64,000 bases of DNA, taken from NCBI GenBank assembly GCA_964526265.1, contig CAZGIL010000001.1, forward strand, positions 8,248-72,247, written 5' to 3'. The position numbers and the translations under genes are program-made. The DNA comes from Candidatus Woesearchaeota archaeon. GTDB taxonomy: Archaea; Nanobdellota; Nanobdellia; Pacearchaeales; GW2011-AR1. Positions within the stretch are counted from its first letter, which is position 1; every line of letters starts with the position of its first letter. Under the pieces are notes generated by a model. The model was not told the DNA's origin, ran no database searches, and was given only the letters and a program-made list of their open reading frames with translations. Positions 9,912-19,690 of the stretch are shown in pieces.

Positions 9912-10723
9912 TCCTTTCCAAAAAGAATCCTATCTATCTCTTCTTTACTTATATCTCCAGAATCTCTTTTTTCATCTACTTCAATATTCTCTTCCTCAAA
10001 TTCAAGATCTTCAGAATAACCCTCCTTTTCCGGAACTTTTTCTTTCATCTCCTTTTTCCGCTTTATCTCCTGCAAATCAGAAATTGTAATATTCTTCGTT
10101 ATGTAAGGATCAAAGCTCAATCTTGCGGGGGGTGTCCTCTTAATTTCAGTTCTCAACGCCTCCCGGGGGGGAACTCTATTCCTGAACGGGTCCTTAACCA
10201 ACCTCACCCCAAAATAGGTTTCAAGCTTATTTATTAATTTATTATCATCCTCCGGAAGAATACCCTTCTCGGCCATCTGTACAGCCGCCTCGGACTCAGA
10301 AATTGCCTCGGCAAGCTGCTTGTAGGAAATCTTTTTAGCTCTTCGGACTCTCATAATTACCCAGTGGAAATTATCAATTAAATCTGGACGTGGAATGGAC
10401 TTCTTCGGAGAATCCTTATACTTTCTGTCAACAATATCCCTCAAGCTAATTTCCCGCTTCTCAAGACGCTTTTTATCTTTAGCATATTGCTCTTCAAGCG
10501 CTGCCTTGCCCGAAGACATCCGAGTAAGCATCTGTCTTACAGGAGTATTACTTTCGGCCGTCTTGAGCTGCTCTGTTGTGGGTCTTTTAATAACCGGCAA
10601 ATCTTCATCATTAGCACAAAACTCACATATCTTTACAATTCCTTCCCCAGAAATAGCATCAAAAAGACGTACCTTATCCCCAGAATTTCCACACTTGAAG
10701 CATTCCATAAGAAAAACCATCAA
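9908..10723 (-). CDS. Zn-ribbon plus XRE-type HTH protein (MBF1-like) with long C-terminal acidic extension
   Basis: N-terminal CFKCG...CEFC ribbon. HTH ISYKQLAEAISESEAAVQMAEKG. This architecture is that of archaeal MBF1, but the 271-aa length is atypical. Confidence 0.4.
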   Translation of the reverse strand: MMVFLMECFKCGNSGDKVRLFDAISGEGIVKICEFCANDEDLPVIKRPTTEQLKTAESNTPVRQMLTRMSSGKAALEEQYAKDKKRLEKREISLRDIVDRKYKDSPKKSIPRPDLIDNFHWVIMRVRRAKKISYKQLAEAISESEAAVQMAEKGILPEDDNKLINKLETYFGVRLVKDPFRNRVPPREALRTEIKRTPPARLSFDPYITKNITISDLQEIKRKKEMKEKVPEKEGYSEDLEFEEENIEVDEKRDSGDISKEEIDRILFGKD

Positions 10724-10757
10724 TTCTTCTTTTTTAATATTTGTATAGTAGAAAACA

Positions 10758-11414
10758 CTAAATTAAATAGGACTCCAAATCGCTAACCGAATCAATTCCA
10801 AGAAGAATATCTTTATCATTAATAACAACCGCAGGATATTTAGTAATATTCAAGGAATTAATTTTTGCTTGTAATGAGATTAAATCACTATTTATCGCAA
10901 TAGGAATGAGTAAAACACTATCGCCTTTTGCCTCCTTCAAATCTCCCAAAACCTTACTCCAAACATTTTGATTAGCCTTCTGAACCAAATTCTTAGGGTT
11001 GTACTCATAAAGATAAATAACCGTGTCAAAATCCTCTCCGCACTTATTTTTTGTCTTTTCGGCATTAATCCACAAAAAAGTACGCAACAAATCATATTTT
11101 CTATGGGTCAACCTAATTTTTTCGGTTATCTTTCCGGAATCTTCATATTTTTCTAGTAAAAGTGCTTCCGAATAAATCCTATTAGCAAAATCAAAACTAG
11201 CTTGTATTAAATCTTCGCAATTACTGCTATCTAAATCTACAAGATTATTCAAAACAAACAAATCGGTAGAAACTATTTCCGATTGAGTATAATAATCCTC
11301 TAAATTACTAGAACGCCGGCTCTCAAATGCCACCCCAAGAAGAATACCCAAAATAAATATAACCGTCGTTAAAAGAAACGCTTCCCAAAAAACCCTTTTC
11401 TTATTTGTTAACAT
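10758..11414 (-). CDS. Membrane-anchored hypothetical protein
   Basis: Single N-terminal TM helix, then an extracytoplasmic domain. No motif recognised. Confidence 0.3.
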   Translation of the reverse strand: MLTNKKRVFWEAFLLTTVIFILGILLGVAFESRRSSNLEDYYTQSEIVSTDLFVLNNLVDLDSSNCEDLIQASFDFANRIYSEALLLEKYEDSGKITEKIRLTHRKYDLLRTFLWINAEKTKNKCGEDFDTVIYLYEYNPKNLVQKANQNVWSKVLGDLKEAKGDSVLLIPIAINSDLISLQAKINSLNITKYPAVVINDKDILLGIDSVSDLESYLI

Positions 11415-11415
11415 T

Positions 11416-12651
11416 TTACCACGAATAACTTTTAGTTAGATATTTATACATTGACGCAATCAATATGATTGGGTAAGCTAACAGGTATATAAACATATAA
11501 ACTGAAAGTCCAAGTACCCCATACTTTTTAAATTTTCTTTCTGAGTCTCTTGAGTAAATTAAAGCCAAAAATGTGAAAGAGAGTCCTAAAAAGAATAAAA
11601 CCACTCCGAAAAACATAAGCACGTTTGGAGCCAAATTAATATCTTGTGCAGAGAGTATGGCTGTTTGAACGTTTATCGAATAAAGAGTAGAAAGATAATT
11701 AACAAAAATAAATTTCAATATCCTATACGTTAAGATAGCTAATCCAGTAATTCCCAAAAGCCAAGATAATACAAAAAAAGGAAGGATAAAAGAACCCAAC
11801 ATTCCTTTTTCTTTGAATGCGGTTTTGTACTTATTTATAGTCTGCAACCCTCCAATATTCCAACGAAGACGTTGTTTAAACCAGCCCTTAAAGTTTTGTG
11901 GAACATCCGTATAAGCTTTTGCCGGAACCGACATAGCAACCTTATACCCCGCAGCAACGAAGTGCCAGGTAATTTCTATGTCTTCAGTTAAATTATCCTC
12001 ATCAAATCCCCCCAATTTATTAAATATTTCTCTCTTATACAACGCAAGCGGTCCAGGAGTTACATATATGGCATCAATAAATCCTAAAAGTTTTCTGGTA
12101 AAAACAATAACTCTATATTCAATAGCCTGAAGCCTTTCAATAAACTTAGTATCCCTATTCACTAAAACAGAAGCTGTAACAGAACCAACCGTAGGATCAT
12201 CAAAAAAACCAATCATCTTTTCAATAGCTCCTTTTTGAGGATAAGAATCTGCGTCACTAAATCCTATTAATTCGGTCTTTGCGAATTTGGCTCCATAGTT
12301 TTTAGCTCCGCTTGCCTTGCCAGTATTTTTAGGAGTTTGCAAAGCAACAACTTTAGGATATTTTGAAGCAAGTTTTTTTATTATATTATAAGAATTATCG
12401 GTACTACAATCGTCAACAACAAAAACATTTTTCAATTCAGGATAGCCAATATCCAGTACGGATTTAACCGTTTTTTCAATAGTCTCCTGTTCATTATAAC
12501 AAGGAATAACAATACTCAAACTGTATCTCTTTGTAATTGGAGGGACTTCGAAAAATTCTTTTCTATTATGAATATAAATAAGAAAGAATAAAAACAAAAA
12601 ATAAAATCCTAAAAAGGAATATACTAAAAAAAGAATAGTAAACCAATCCAT
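11416..12651 (-). CDS. Family 2 glycosyltransferase (GT-A), integral membrane, processive-synthase-like topology
   Basis: N-terminal TM. SIVIPCYNE, VVDDCSTD, DxD-like GFSDAD and QRLRW-type motif (QRLRWNIGG), then C-terminal TM helices. Confidence 0.7.
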   Translation of the reverse strand: MDWFTILFLVYSFLGFYFLFLFFLIYIHNRKEFFEVPPITKRYSLSIVIPCYNEQETIEKTVKSVLDIGYPELKNVFVVDDCSTDNSYNIIKKLASKYPKVVALQTPKNTGKASGAKNYGAKFAKTELIGFSDADSYPQKGAIEKMIGFFDDPTVGSVTASVLVNRDTKFIERLQAIEYRVIVFTRKLLGFIDAIYVTPGPLALYKREIFNKLGGFDEDNLTEDIEITWHFVAAGYKVAMSVPAKAYTDVPQNFKGWFKQRLRWNIGGLQTINKYKTAFKEKGMLGSFILPFFVLSWLLGITGLAILTYRILKFIFVNYLSTLYSINVQTAILSAQDINLAPNVLMFFGVVLFFLGLSFTFLALIYSRDSERKFKKYGVLGLSVYMFIYLLAYPIILIASMYKYLTKSYSW

Positions 12652-13214
12652 TATTCTTCCCCCGAAGTTTCTTCTACATTTTCCCCATTCTCTTTAATCT
12701 GCATTCCCCCAGATTCATTAGTACTAAAATAATCATAAAAATCATCGCTCAAGGTTAAATCATGGGTATGCCCACTTCTTTTTTTATTAATCAAACTCAA
12801 ATCAGAAAATTTCTTTATATGATCGTAAGCCTTATTCCCTCTTATCTTAATAATAACCGATTGTTTTATTGGCTGCTTGAAAGCAATTATGGCAAGAGTT
12901 TCCTGCTCTGCCTTAGAAAATTCAGAACTTCCTGTCGCAAGCTTATTAATTATTCCAGAATGCTCTTGACGAACATCCATCTTCCACATTCCGTTCTTTT
13001 CAACGATTTCAATTGCGGAGTCCGATTTCTCATATTTCTCTTGCAATCTCTCAATTAATTCCCTTATTATAATTGGATTCAAATCCGAAAGAGAAATTAA
13101 TTCCTGCATATTAAGAAATCTCCCAGAAATAAAAAACACCGCCTCTAAAGTTTTCAAATCCTCTTTTTCCTTTGCTTCATCTATCTCCTCTAATGTTTTT
13201 GAAGATACTTCCAT
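12651..13214 (-). CDS. scpB: Segregation and condensation protein B (ScpB)
   Basis: LEAVFFISGRFLNMQEL..., AEQETLAIIAFKQPIKQSVIIKIRG and a C-terminal DFYDYF segment match the twin winged-helix ScpB pattern (ETLAIIAY-QPIT...IRG). Confidence 0.75.
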   Translation of the reverse strand: MEVSSKTLEEIDEAKEKEDLKTLEAVFFISGRFLNMQELISLSDLNPIIIRELIERLQEKYEKSDSAIEIVEKNGMWKMDVRQEHSGIINKLATGSSEFSKAEQETLAIIAFKQPIKQSVIIKIRGNKAYDHIKKFSDLSLINKKRSGHTHDLTLSDDFYDYFSTNESGGMQIKENGENVEETSGEE

Positions 13215-13256
13215 AATAGAAACTATAATTGAAAGTTTAAAAGGATAACTGTAGGA

Positions 13257-13727
13257 CTAAGCAACTGCCAACAAACCTCTCTCAAGTCTTCTACGATTGA
13301 TTCTTTCTCTCTGCAAATCACTAAGTTTTGACCACCCCTTAAGAAATTTATCCCCACCAAAGACGAAACTGGGAAAAGTTCCAATAACCGATACATGTCC
13401 GTTTGCCATTCGATAAGGATGTTTATTATGATGCCAAATTTCTCCTTCCCAAAGGTGAGTACTTTTTCTAAGATAATTCATCATCATCTTCTTGCAGGAA
13501 TCTTTGGCTTTTTGTTCTTCCCCAACATCATACAAATCAACCGCCCCAACCATCGGAGTAAAAGAATTGACTTCCCTTTCAACTAAAAGATGTCCCTTGA
13601 ATTCTCTAAACTTAAAGCTTACATTTCCACAATTATAGGATAAATAATAACCTCTTTCCTCCTCACTTTTTTCTATAGCTCTCCTCAAAATCTTATATTC
13701 TGCTAATCTTTCTGCAAGTGGTTTCAT
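13257..13727 (-). CDS. Hypothetical protein (156 aa)
   Basis: Clean ORF with a His-rich segment HHNKHPYRMANGH. No family recognised. Confidence 0.3.
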   Translation of the reverse strand: MKPLAERLAEYKILRRAIEKSEEERGYYLSYNCGNVSFKFREFKGHLLVEREVNSFTPMVGAVDLYDVGEEQKAKDSCKKMMMNYLRKSTHLWEGEIWHHNKHPYRMANGHVSVIGTFPSFVFGGDKFLKGWSKLSDLQRERINRRRLERGLLAVA

Positions 13728-13772
13728 AAGAGCATAAGAAAAAGAGACTTTTTAAAAATTATTATTCTCGGC

Positions 13773-14864
13773 TTATATCCTAAATCTCAAAATTGCCCCA
13801 ACGCCCTTTGTTATATTAAGGAATTGCTCCCCTTCTTCAGTCTCGTCCGAGACTACAACAATCTCCGAGGAGATAGACTCGGCCAGTTTCTTAAGCTCCT
13901 TGTTAAGAACTTTATTTCCTTTTTTAGATAAAATTAGGGTTTCAACCGCCCCATATTGCAGAGCCTTTCTTAAATTCGCTTCGCCATAAGTCGCCAAATC
14001 CGGTTTTTCTCCAAGTGTTTCAAAGAATTTATCCAAAATTTCCTTTTCATGAACAATTTCTTGTTCTGCAAGAACCTCTCTCGACTTCTCAACAAGTTCT
14101 TTTATTCCAGACTCGTCACTTCCCCCCAAATCCTGAATTCCAATAACCTTCTCTCGGAGTTGAGTGGGCATATATTCACCAGTAAGAAATTCGTCCTTTG
14201 TTGGAATTGGGCCTCCAACAAGAATACCTTTTAACTTCGGCATATCATAAAATATTTTTTTCATTTCGTCCGCAATTCTTTTGTAAAACTCTTTAGTTAA
14301 CCCCTCGGTAATACGATGAAAACGCTGAGAGCTCTGTCCTCCCGCCCTAACCTTTGAGGGAATCCCTGAAGTCATTTTATGAAGTATTTCTATTCTCTTA
14401 CCCTCCAAAAAACCAATTGTTGCTTCCTTTCTATCCATAACAAGCAATCCAAAAACATCGTCAACCGCCATCATCTCCTTTAATGGGTCAAGAACAAAAT
14501 CTTTATCACATCGGTACATTCTTATTTTAAGCGGAAGAGGAGGCTCAATATCCCACAACTGCATATCATCTTGCCCTTCAACTTTAGAAACATTACCCGC
14601 AAAAAGAGCCAACCCGTTCTCGGGCGTTTTCTTAAGTCCTTTCAAGTGTCTAACAATTTTATCAAGAGCGTCCGTAACATTTTTTCTTGTAGCAGTGGAC
14701 TTAATATTCTTCGCCGTGGATTTTTCCCCTTCCAGCTGCCTCTGAACAGCATTCACATCATAACCCGCAGAAACATAAACGGTAATTAGTTCGGTATGTC
14801 TTCCTTTGTGTTTTGCAAGCTCTTCAATAACATCTTCAAGTTCGGATTTAGATAATTTAACCAT
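13773..14864 (-). CDS. prf1: Peptide chain release factor aRF1 (eRF1 homologue)
   Basis: NIKS stop-codon recognition motif (KNIKSTATRKNV) and GGQ catalytic motif (RAGGQSSQRF). Confidence 0.9.
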   Translation of the reverse strand: MVKLSKSELEDVIEELAKHKGRHTELITVYVSAGYDVNAVQRQLEGEKSTAKNIKSTATRKNVTDALDKIVRHLKGLKKTPENGLALFAGNVSKVEGQDDMQLWDIEPPLPLKIRMYRCDKDFVLDPLKEMMAVDDVFGLLVMDRKEATIGFLEGKRIEILHKMTSGIPSKVRAGGQSSQRFHRITEGLTKEFYKRIADEMKKIFYDMPKLKGILVGGPIPTKDEFLTGEYMPTQLREKVIGIQDLGGSDESGIKELVEKSREVLAEQEIVHEKEILDKFFETLGEKPDLATYGEANLRKALQYGAVETLILSKKGNKVLNKELKKLAESISSEIVVVSDETEEGEQFLNITKGVGAILRFRI

Positions 14865-14907
14865 AATTAAGAAAACGAAAAGGTATTTATAAAACTACTC
14901 AGAAGTT

Positions 14908-15186
14908 CTAAAATCTTCTACCGGATTCGGAATAACTCACGCCGTAGATAGGCACATATCTCCCGTCTATAAAATCCGGCCCTCTCTCAAATCCATAATT
15001 AACCACCCGTCTCGACTCCATAACTCTTGGTATAGGTTGAACCCTCGGCTCCATCGCTTTTCTGTCCCTCTCTTCCATAGCCGCCCTTACTGCATCCGCC
15101 TGACTAAATTGTTTAAATTTATTATCATGTTCATGTTTTCCCAGAAATCTTTTCTTTTTGTGTGAAGGCATAATAAAAATAATCAA
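14908..15186 (-). CDS. Small basic hypothetical protein
   Basis: 92-aa ORF. Lys/Arg-rich N-terminus. No motif recognised. Confidence 0.25.
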   Translation of the reverse strand: MIIFIMPSHKKKRFLGKHEHDNKFKQFSQADAVRAAMEERDRKAMEPRVQPIPRVMESRRVVNYGFERGPDFIDGRYVPIYGVSYSESGRRF

Positions 15187-15224
15187 GAAGCCTTTAAAAA
15201 TAAATTGGTATAGAAAAGAATATA

Positions 15225-15566
15225 TTATTCAAAAAGTTCTGTATATATCTTTAACCTTTCTCTAAATTGGCTAGCAAAATTCCGGGTAGTTGGGTCTTTT
15301 GTGCCCCTTAAATATCTTAAAGAAGCCAGTAAAGAATCCTTAGATCTCGCCCAACATTCATCAACAGGTCCAAATCCTCCCGACCGATACATCTCCAAAA
15401 AAGATAAAGCCGTTCTAGAAAATATGTTTAAATCATTCACAACACCAGCACTAACCTCTAATTTTCCATTTTTAATCTCAGACAGAATTCTTTCAACTTC
15501 ATCTTGATGTGAAAAATATAAATCTTCAGTTTCTTCTGAAGTAAGTATTTTTGAAGTGTCAGACAT
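15225..15566 (-). CDS. Hypothetical protein (113 aa)
   Basis: Clean ORF, acidic N-terminus. No motif recognised. Confidence 0.3.
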   Translation of the reverse strand: MSDTSKILTSEETEDLYFSHQDEVERILSEIKNGKLEVSAGVVNDLNIFSRTALSFLEMYRSGGFGPVDECWARSKDSLLASLRYLRGTKDPTTRNFASQFRERLKIYTELFE

Positions 15567-15647
15567 ACAAGAATTTAATTATTATTAGTATTTAAATATG
15601 ATTACACTAAAAAGGGTAAACAAAATCTATAGACAAAGTAATATCCC

Positions 15648-18029
15648 TCAGAACTCAAGATTATGCACCGCAATTAAATCCTTTTCAAAGGGCTTCAGTT
15701 CTTTTGGAATTTTAATTTCACTTATGGGGTTTCTCAAAGAGATACCTTTTTCCTTTTTAATTTTCCAAACCTCGCCATTAAAATTCATTATTTTATCAAG
15801 AAGTTTTAAATTAGAATTAATCTTCCCCGCTTTAGGAAATTCTAAATTCAATAAATTCAATTTAAAATCTTCTCCAATTGTTGAAGTAATCTGCGGTATG
15901 ATAGGATAAAGCAGAGTTAACAACCTTTTCAATAAAAAATGAAGGGTATACTTTGCAGAATTGCTCTCCTCTTCTGTAAAACGATTATCCTGATTATACG
16001 CCCTGCTTTTAACAAGTTCAATATAGTTGGAAGCAAAAACATCCCACAAAAACCTTCTCAGTTCAAGGGAGGGATGATAAAAATCATAGATGCCGAACCA
16101 TTTATCACAAATCATAGTTAAATTTTCAAGATAATCAATAAATAATTTATCCGTATCCATCAAAATAGGTTTCTTTTTAGGGTTTTCAAACATCAAAACA
16201 AATTTAGAGACGTTCAATAACTTGTTAAGAGTTTTTCTTTCAGCATCAATTTTCTCAGGAAAAACACTAAGATCTTGCCTAGACAAATCTCCCTCTGTTG
16301 CGGCCCAAATTCTTATTGCCTCCGCTCCAGATTTCTTAACGATATCTCTGGGATCAATAACATTTCCGAGAGACTTAGCCATTTTTTTACCTTGGGGGTC
16401 CAATAAATGCTGATGTATCCATGCATCCACAAAGCAGGGTTTCTTGGTTTCAAGATATCCTCTCAAAAGAGTATAATAAAGCCAGGTTCTCACAATTTCC
16501 TTTCCTTGCGGCCTTAAAGTTGCAGGATAAGCTCTCTTAAAAAATGAATTATCCCTCCCATAATTCAAAATAAACAATTCGGAAATAGAGGAATCCATCC
16601 AGGTATCAAAAACTCTCTCCTCCCCTCTCCATTTTTTGCCCTTGAAATCTCCAACTTTGCCAATAACCTTTCCATTTTTAAGAACCTCGGCATCCCTTGG
16701 AACTCCCTCTTTCCATGGTTGATAATATTTTCCGGGATTGGGCAAGGCAACAAGTCTTTCTTCATCATCAGAGTACCACAAGGGGATTTCAGTAGCATAA
16801 AATCTTCTTCTTGAAATGGGCCAGTCTATAGAAATAGAATTAACCCAATCATCAAGAATTTTTTTAGATTGGGGGGGATAGAAATTAATTTTTTTGGCAA
16901 TTTTTTTAATTTCTTCTTTAAATTTCAATTGCTTTAGATACAACTCGGGCATCTCAATAAACTCTATCTCGGCTTTTGACCTCTCTGAAATTGGAGTTCT
17001 GTGGGTTATTTTAACTTGCTTAACAAGTAGCTCCTTATCCTTCAGGGTTTCAATAATTTTATCCCTTGCTTCGCGAACCTTTAATCCTTCCAAGAACCCG
17101 GCATTCTCATTCATCGTTCCATCCTGATTTATTGCAATTACCGGAGTTAATTTCATCTCCCTAAAAAATTGAATATCTGACAAATCTCCTGCAGAGCACA
17201 TCATCGCAAGTCCGGTGCCCTTATCAACCTGTGCAAGAGGGTGGGAACGAATAGGAACCGCTTTTCCAAACAGAGGGGTAATTGCGGTTTTCCCTTCGAG
17301 ATGTTTATACCTTTTATCTCCAGAATTAAAGATAACCATCCCACAAGTACATATTAACTCCGGGCGGGTTGTTCCAATTATAATTTTTTCGCCAGTCTCC
17401 TTAACTTTCCAGGTAATATCGCTAAAAGCACTTGGAATATCTTCATACTCAATCTCCGAGTCGGCAATAGTTGTTTGAAGTTTTGGGTCCCAATTAGTTA
17501 TTCTGGAATCCTCATAAATTAACCCCTTTTTGTACAAATCAATAAAAGTTGCCTGAGTCAATCCTCTGTATTCAGGAGAATCAGTTTTGTAAACGCTGCC
17601 TATTTCTTTGCCTTCCTTATAGGAGGTAAAAGAAATTCCCAGTTGTGCAAAAGAATCTTGTGTTCCAACACTTCCCTCATTGATAAGTTTCTCGCAGTAT
17701 TCAACGAATTTTTCTCTTCCAACCTTAAAAGGAGAAATATCAAATCTTTTTTCTGTTGCCATCTCTATCGGAAGTCCATTCCTGTCCAGCCCCAAAGGAA
17801 AAATCACCTCAAATCCCTTCATCCTTTTGTATCGGGCAAACATATCCATAAAACAATAAGTCACTGCCTGAGCAATATGAATCGGGGAGTTAACATAAGG
17901 CGGGGGGGTATCAATAGAATAAATTTTTTTAGCCTTTTTATTAAACCTAAAAAGCTCAGATTTTTTCCACCTATCGGTTATCTTCCTTTCAATCTCAACC
18001 TCCCAATTTTTTATATCTTTTAAAGCCAT
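15648..18029 (-). CDS. Class Ia aminoacyl-tRNA synthetase of the Val/Ile type. Most likely valyl-tRNA synthetase from its short 793-aa length; isoleucyl cannot be excluded
   Basis: Degenerate HIGH region PPPYVNSPIHIAQA. ARYKRMKGFEV...GLDRNGLPIE. CP1 editing segment TTRPELI. DWPISRRR. KMAKSLGNVIDP. Anticodon-binding W..YIE..K box. Confidence 0.8.
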   Translation of the reverse strand: MALKDIKNWEVEIERKITDRWKKSELFRFNKKAKKIYSIDTPPPYVNSPIHIAQAVTYCFMDMFARYKRMKGFEVIFPLGLDRNGLPIEMATEKRFDISPFKVGREKFVEYCEKLINEGSVGTQDSFAQLGISFTSYKEGKEIGSVYKTDSPEYRGLTQATFIDLYKKGLIYEDSRITNWDPKLQTTIADSEIEYEDIPSAFSDITWKVKETGEKIIIGTTRPELICTCGMVIFNSGDKRYKHLEGKTAITPLFGKAVPIRSHPLAQVDKGTGLAMMCSAGDLSDIQFFREMKLTPVIAINQDGTMNENAGFLEGLKVREARDKIIETLKDKELLVKQVKITHRTPISERSKAEIEFIEMPELYLKQLKFKEEIKKIAKKINFYPPQSKKILDDWVNSISIDWPISRRRFYATEIPLWYSDDEERLVALPNPGKYYQPWKEGVPRDAEVLKNGKVIGKVGDFKGKKWRGEERVFDTWMDSSISELFILNYGRDNSFFKRAYPATLRPQGKEIVRTWLYYTLLRGYLETKKPCFVDAWIHQHLLDPQGKKMAKSLGNVIDPRDIVKKSGAEAIRIWAATEGDLSRQDLSVFPEKIDAERKTLNKLLNVSKFVLMFENPKKKPILMDTDKLFIDYLENLTMICDKWFGIYDFYHPSLELRRFLWDVFASNYIELVKSRAYNQDNRFTEEESNSAKYTLHFLLKRLLTLLYPIIPQITSTIGEDFKLNLLNLEFPKAGKINSNLKLLDKIMNFNGEVWKIKKEKGISLRNPISEIKIPKELKPFEKDLIAVHNLEF

Positions 18030-18079
18030 ACATTTCCCAAAACAAATAACTTTTTAAATTTAAACATTCTACCCTAAAC

Positions 18080-18238
18080 ATGGCAAACAGCGGAATAAAC
18101 CTCCCATCAGGATTTGGGGGACTAACAAGGTATAGTGAAGAGTACTCAAGTAAATTTATGATGAAACCCTCTCTGATAATTGTATTTATCCTACTAATAA
18201 TCGCCTTTAGGGTTTTTTTAGGATTCTTATTTAGATAA
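18080..18238 (+). CDS. secG: Preprotein translocase subunit Sec61-beta (archaeal SecG); short ORF absent from the ORF track
   Basis: 52 aa: MANSGINLPSGFGGLTRYSEEYSSKFMMKPSLIIVFILLIIAFRVFLGFLFR. The GLxRY(S/F)EE motif followed by a single C-terminal TM helix is the Sec61-beta signature. Lies in an otherwise ORF-free 218-nt gap. Confidence 0.55.
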   Translation: MANSGINLPSGFGGLTRYSEEYSSKFMMKPSLIIVFILLIIAFRVFLGFLFR

Positions 18239-18247
18239 GATTCAAAT

Positions 18248-19690
18248 TTAAAATTTGTAAACTGCCGAATATCCTTCAGTTTTAGAGCATTCAAAAACGT
18301 TTTCCATATTTTTATCCAAATCTTCCTTAATCTTAACATTCTTTTCTTCAGTCAAAGGCATATCGTAATCCGTAAAAAAGACGAAACTATTTTTTCCAGC
18401 ATAACTCGTTTCAACCATCTCCTTCAGAGAAGAATAACTCACGGGGTAAGAATAAAAGCGCGTCTCTTGTTTGGTGTAGTAATAAACAATAGGGGATTCA
18501 TCGGTTATAACTAACGCATTTTCCTGATTTTTCAAAAATTCATTGGCTTCTAAAAAACATTTATGTTTATCCGTATAAGAATTTTTGTATGTTAAGGTAA
18601 ATTGAAAGGACAATAAAATTAGACTTCCAATAATAGCCAACACCAGAATTAGGCGAGCATACTTTTTTACCTTACTTAAAAAATAACCAGAAATTATTGC
18701 AATCGCCGGAGTAATCGCTAAAATAAATCTATCCTCTTTATGAGGCATATAAATAGCCATGATTAAAAAGAAAAAGAAAAATATCAAAGTAAAATAGATT
18801 CCCCTCTTGAAAAATTCTTTTTTATAAAGGATATAAATTATTGCAATTAAAAAAACTAATCCGGTTAGTGCAAACATCTGAAACCAGTAATCAAAAAAGA
18901 AATGCCAGGACTGAAAACCTCCCCAGTATCCAGATGCCTTTGCCCCATGTATAAACGCTCCAATAGGACTATTATACTCCGAAATTCCATAAATAAACCA
19001 AGGAACTAACACAACAAAAAAAGAAACAATAGCGTACCATAAATATTTATCTTTCAGAAATTTAAGAGACCTATCCCTTACTAAAAAGTATAAGAGAAAA
19101 ACAGGCATTACCCACAAAGCAGTGTATCTTGAAAGAAGTGCCAAAGCTAAAAAAATACCAAATAGAACCTTGTGAAACTTATTTCCCTCTTCATAACCCC
19201 TCCAAAAACTATAAAGAGTGAGTATAACAAAAAAAGTAAACAAAACTCCCGTTAAAATCTTAGCACTATACGTCACATGTAATGGAAGAAACAGAAACAA
19301 AATTGCCGAGTAAAGCGCTATTTCCGAATTAAACATCCTCTTTCCAAGCAGATAAACAAAACATACAGATAAAGCCCCTACAAATACCATAAAAAAACTT
19401 ACAAAGAAATCCAGGTGAAAAAGATACAAAATAGATAAAGAATAAGGAAGCAGAGGAGCTCTAAATCCCATTTTTGGCCAAGCGTAGAAGTCATCTCCTC
19501 CAGAAGGAATAAAATCACTCCATCCATTATTTGCAACCGAGTAATCTAAAGGATTATTACTTAAATCATAACCCATATTCGCATAAACCGTCTCATCCCA
19601 AATCTTTACCGGGGCAGATAAAAGAAAGACACTTCTAAGAATAAATGCGATTAAAAATAGAATAATTAAAATTTTAGTTTGTCTATTCAT
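18248..19690 (-). CDS. GT-C superfamily membrane glycosyltransferase (PMT/ArnT-like, GT39/GT83-type)
   Basis: About 11 predicted TM helices. First-loop DE motif (KIWDETVYA). Soluble C-terminal domain. No WWDYG motif, so not AglB. Confidence 0.65.
   Translation of the reverse strand: MNRQTKILIILFLIAFILRSVFLLSAPVKIWDETVYANMGYDLSNNPLDYSVANNGWSDFIPSGGDDFYAWPKMGFRAPLLPYSLSILYLFHLDFFVSFFMVFVGALSVCFVYLLGKRMFNSEIALYSAILFLFLPLHVTYSAKILTGVLFTFFVILTLYSFWRGYEEGNKFHKVLFGIFLALALLSRYTALWVMPVFLLYFLVRDRSLKFLKDKYLWYAIVSFFVVLVPWFIYGISEYNSPIGAFIHGAKASGYWGGFQSWHFFFDYWFQMFALTGLVFLIAIIYILYKKEFFKRGIYFTLIFFFFFLIMAIYMPHKEDRFILAITPAIAIISGYFLSKVKKYARLILVLAIIGSLILLSFQFTLTYKNSYTDKHKCFLEANEFLKNQENALVITDESPIVYYYTKQETRFYSYPVSYSSLKEMVETSYAGKNSFVFFTDYDMPLTEEKNVKIKEDLDKNMENVFECSKTEGYSAVYKF

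Noticed and set aside
15648-18029. Firm assignment of the 793-aa class Ia synthetase as IleRS
   Set aside because: GLPIE after the HIGH region and KMAKSLGNVIDP fit IleRS and ValRS about equally. The PPP(Y/N)V N-terminal box and the short length lean ValRS, so only a family-level call is made.
17995-18339. 114-aa minus-strand ORF spanning the aaRS start, the Sec61-beta locus and the GT-C 3' end
   Set aside because: It overlaps three better-supported features, and the Sec61-beta frame on the opposite strand has a clear family signature.
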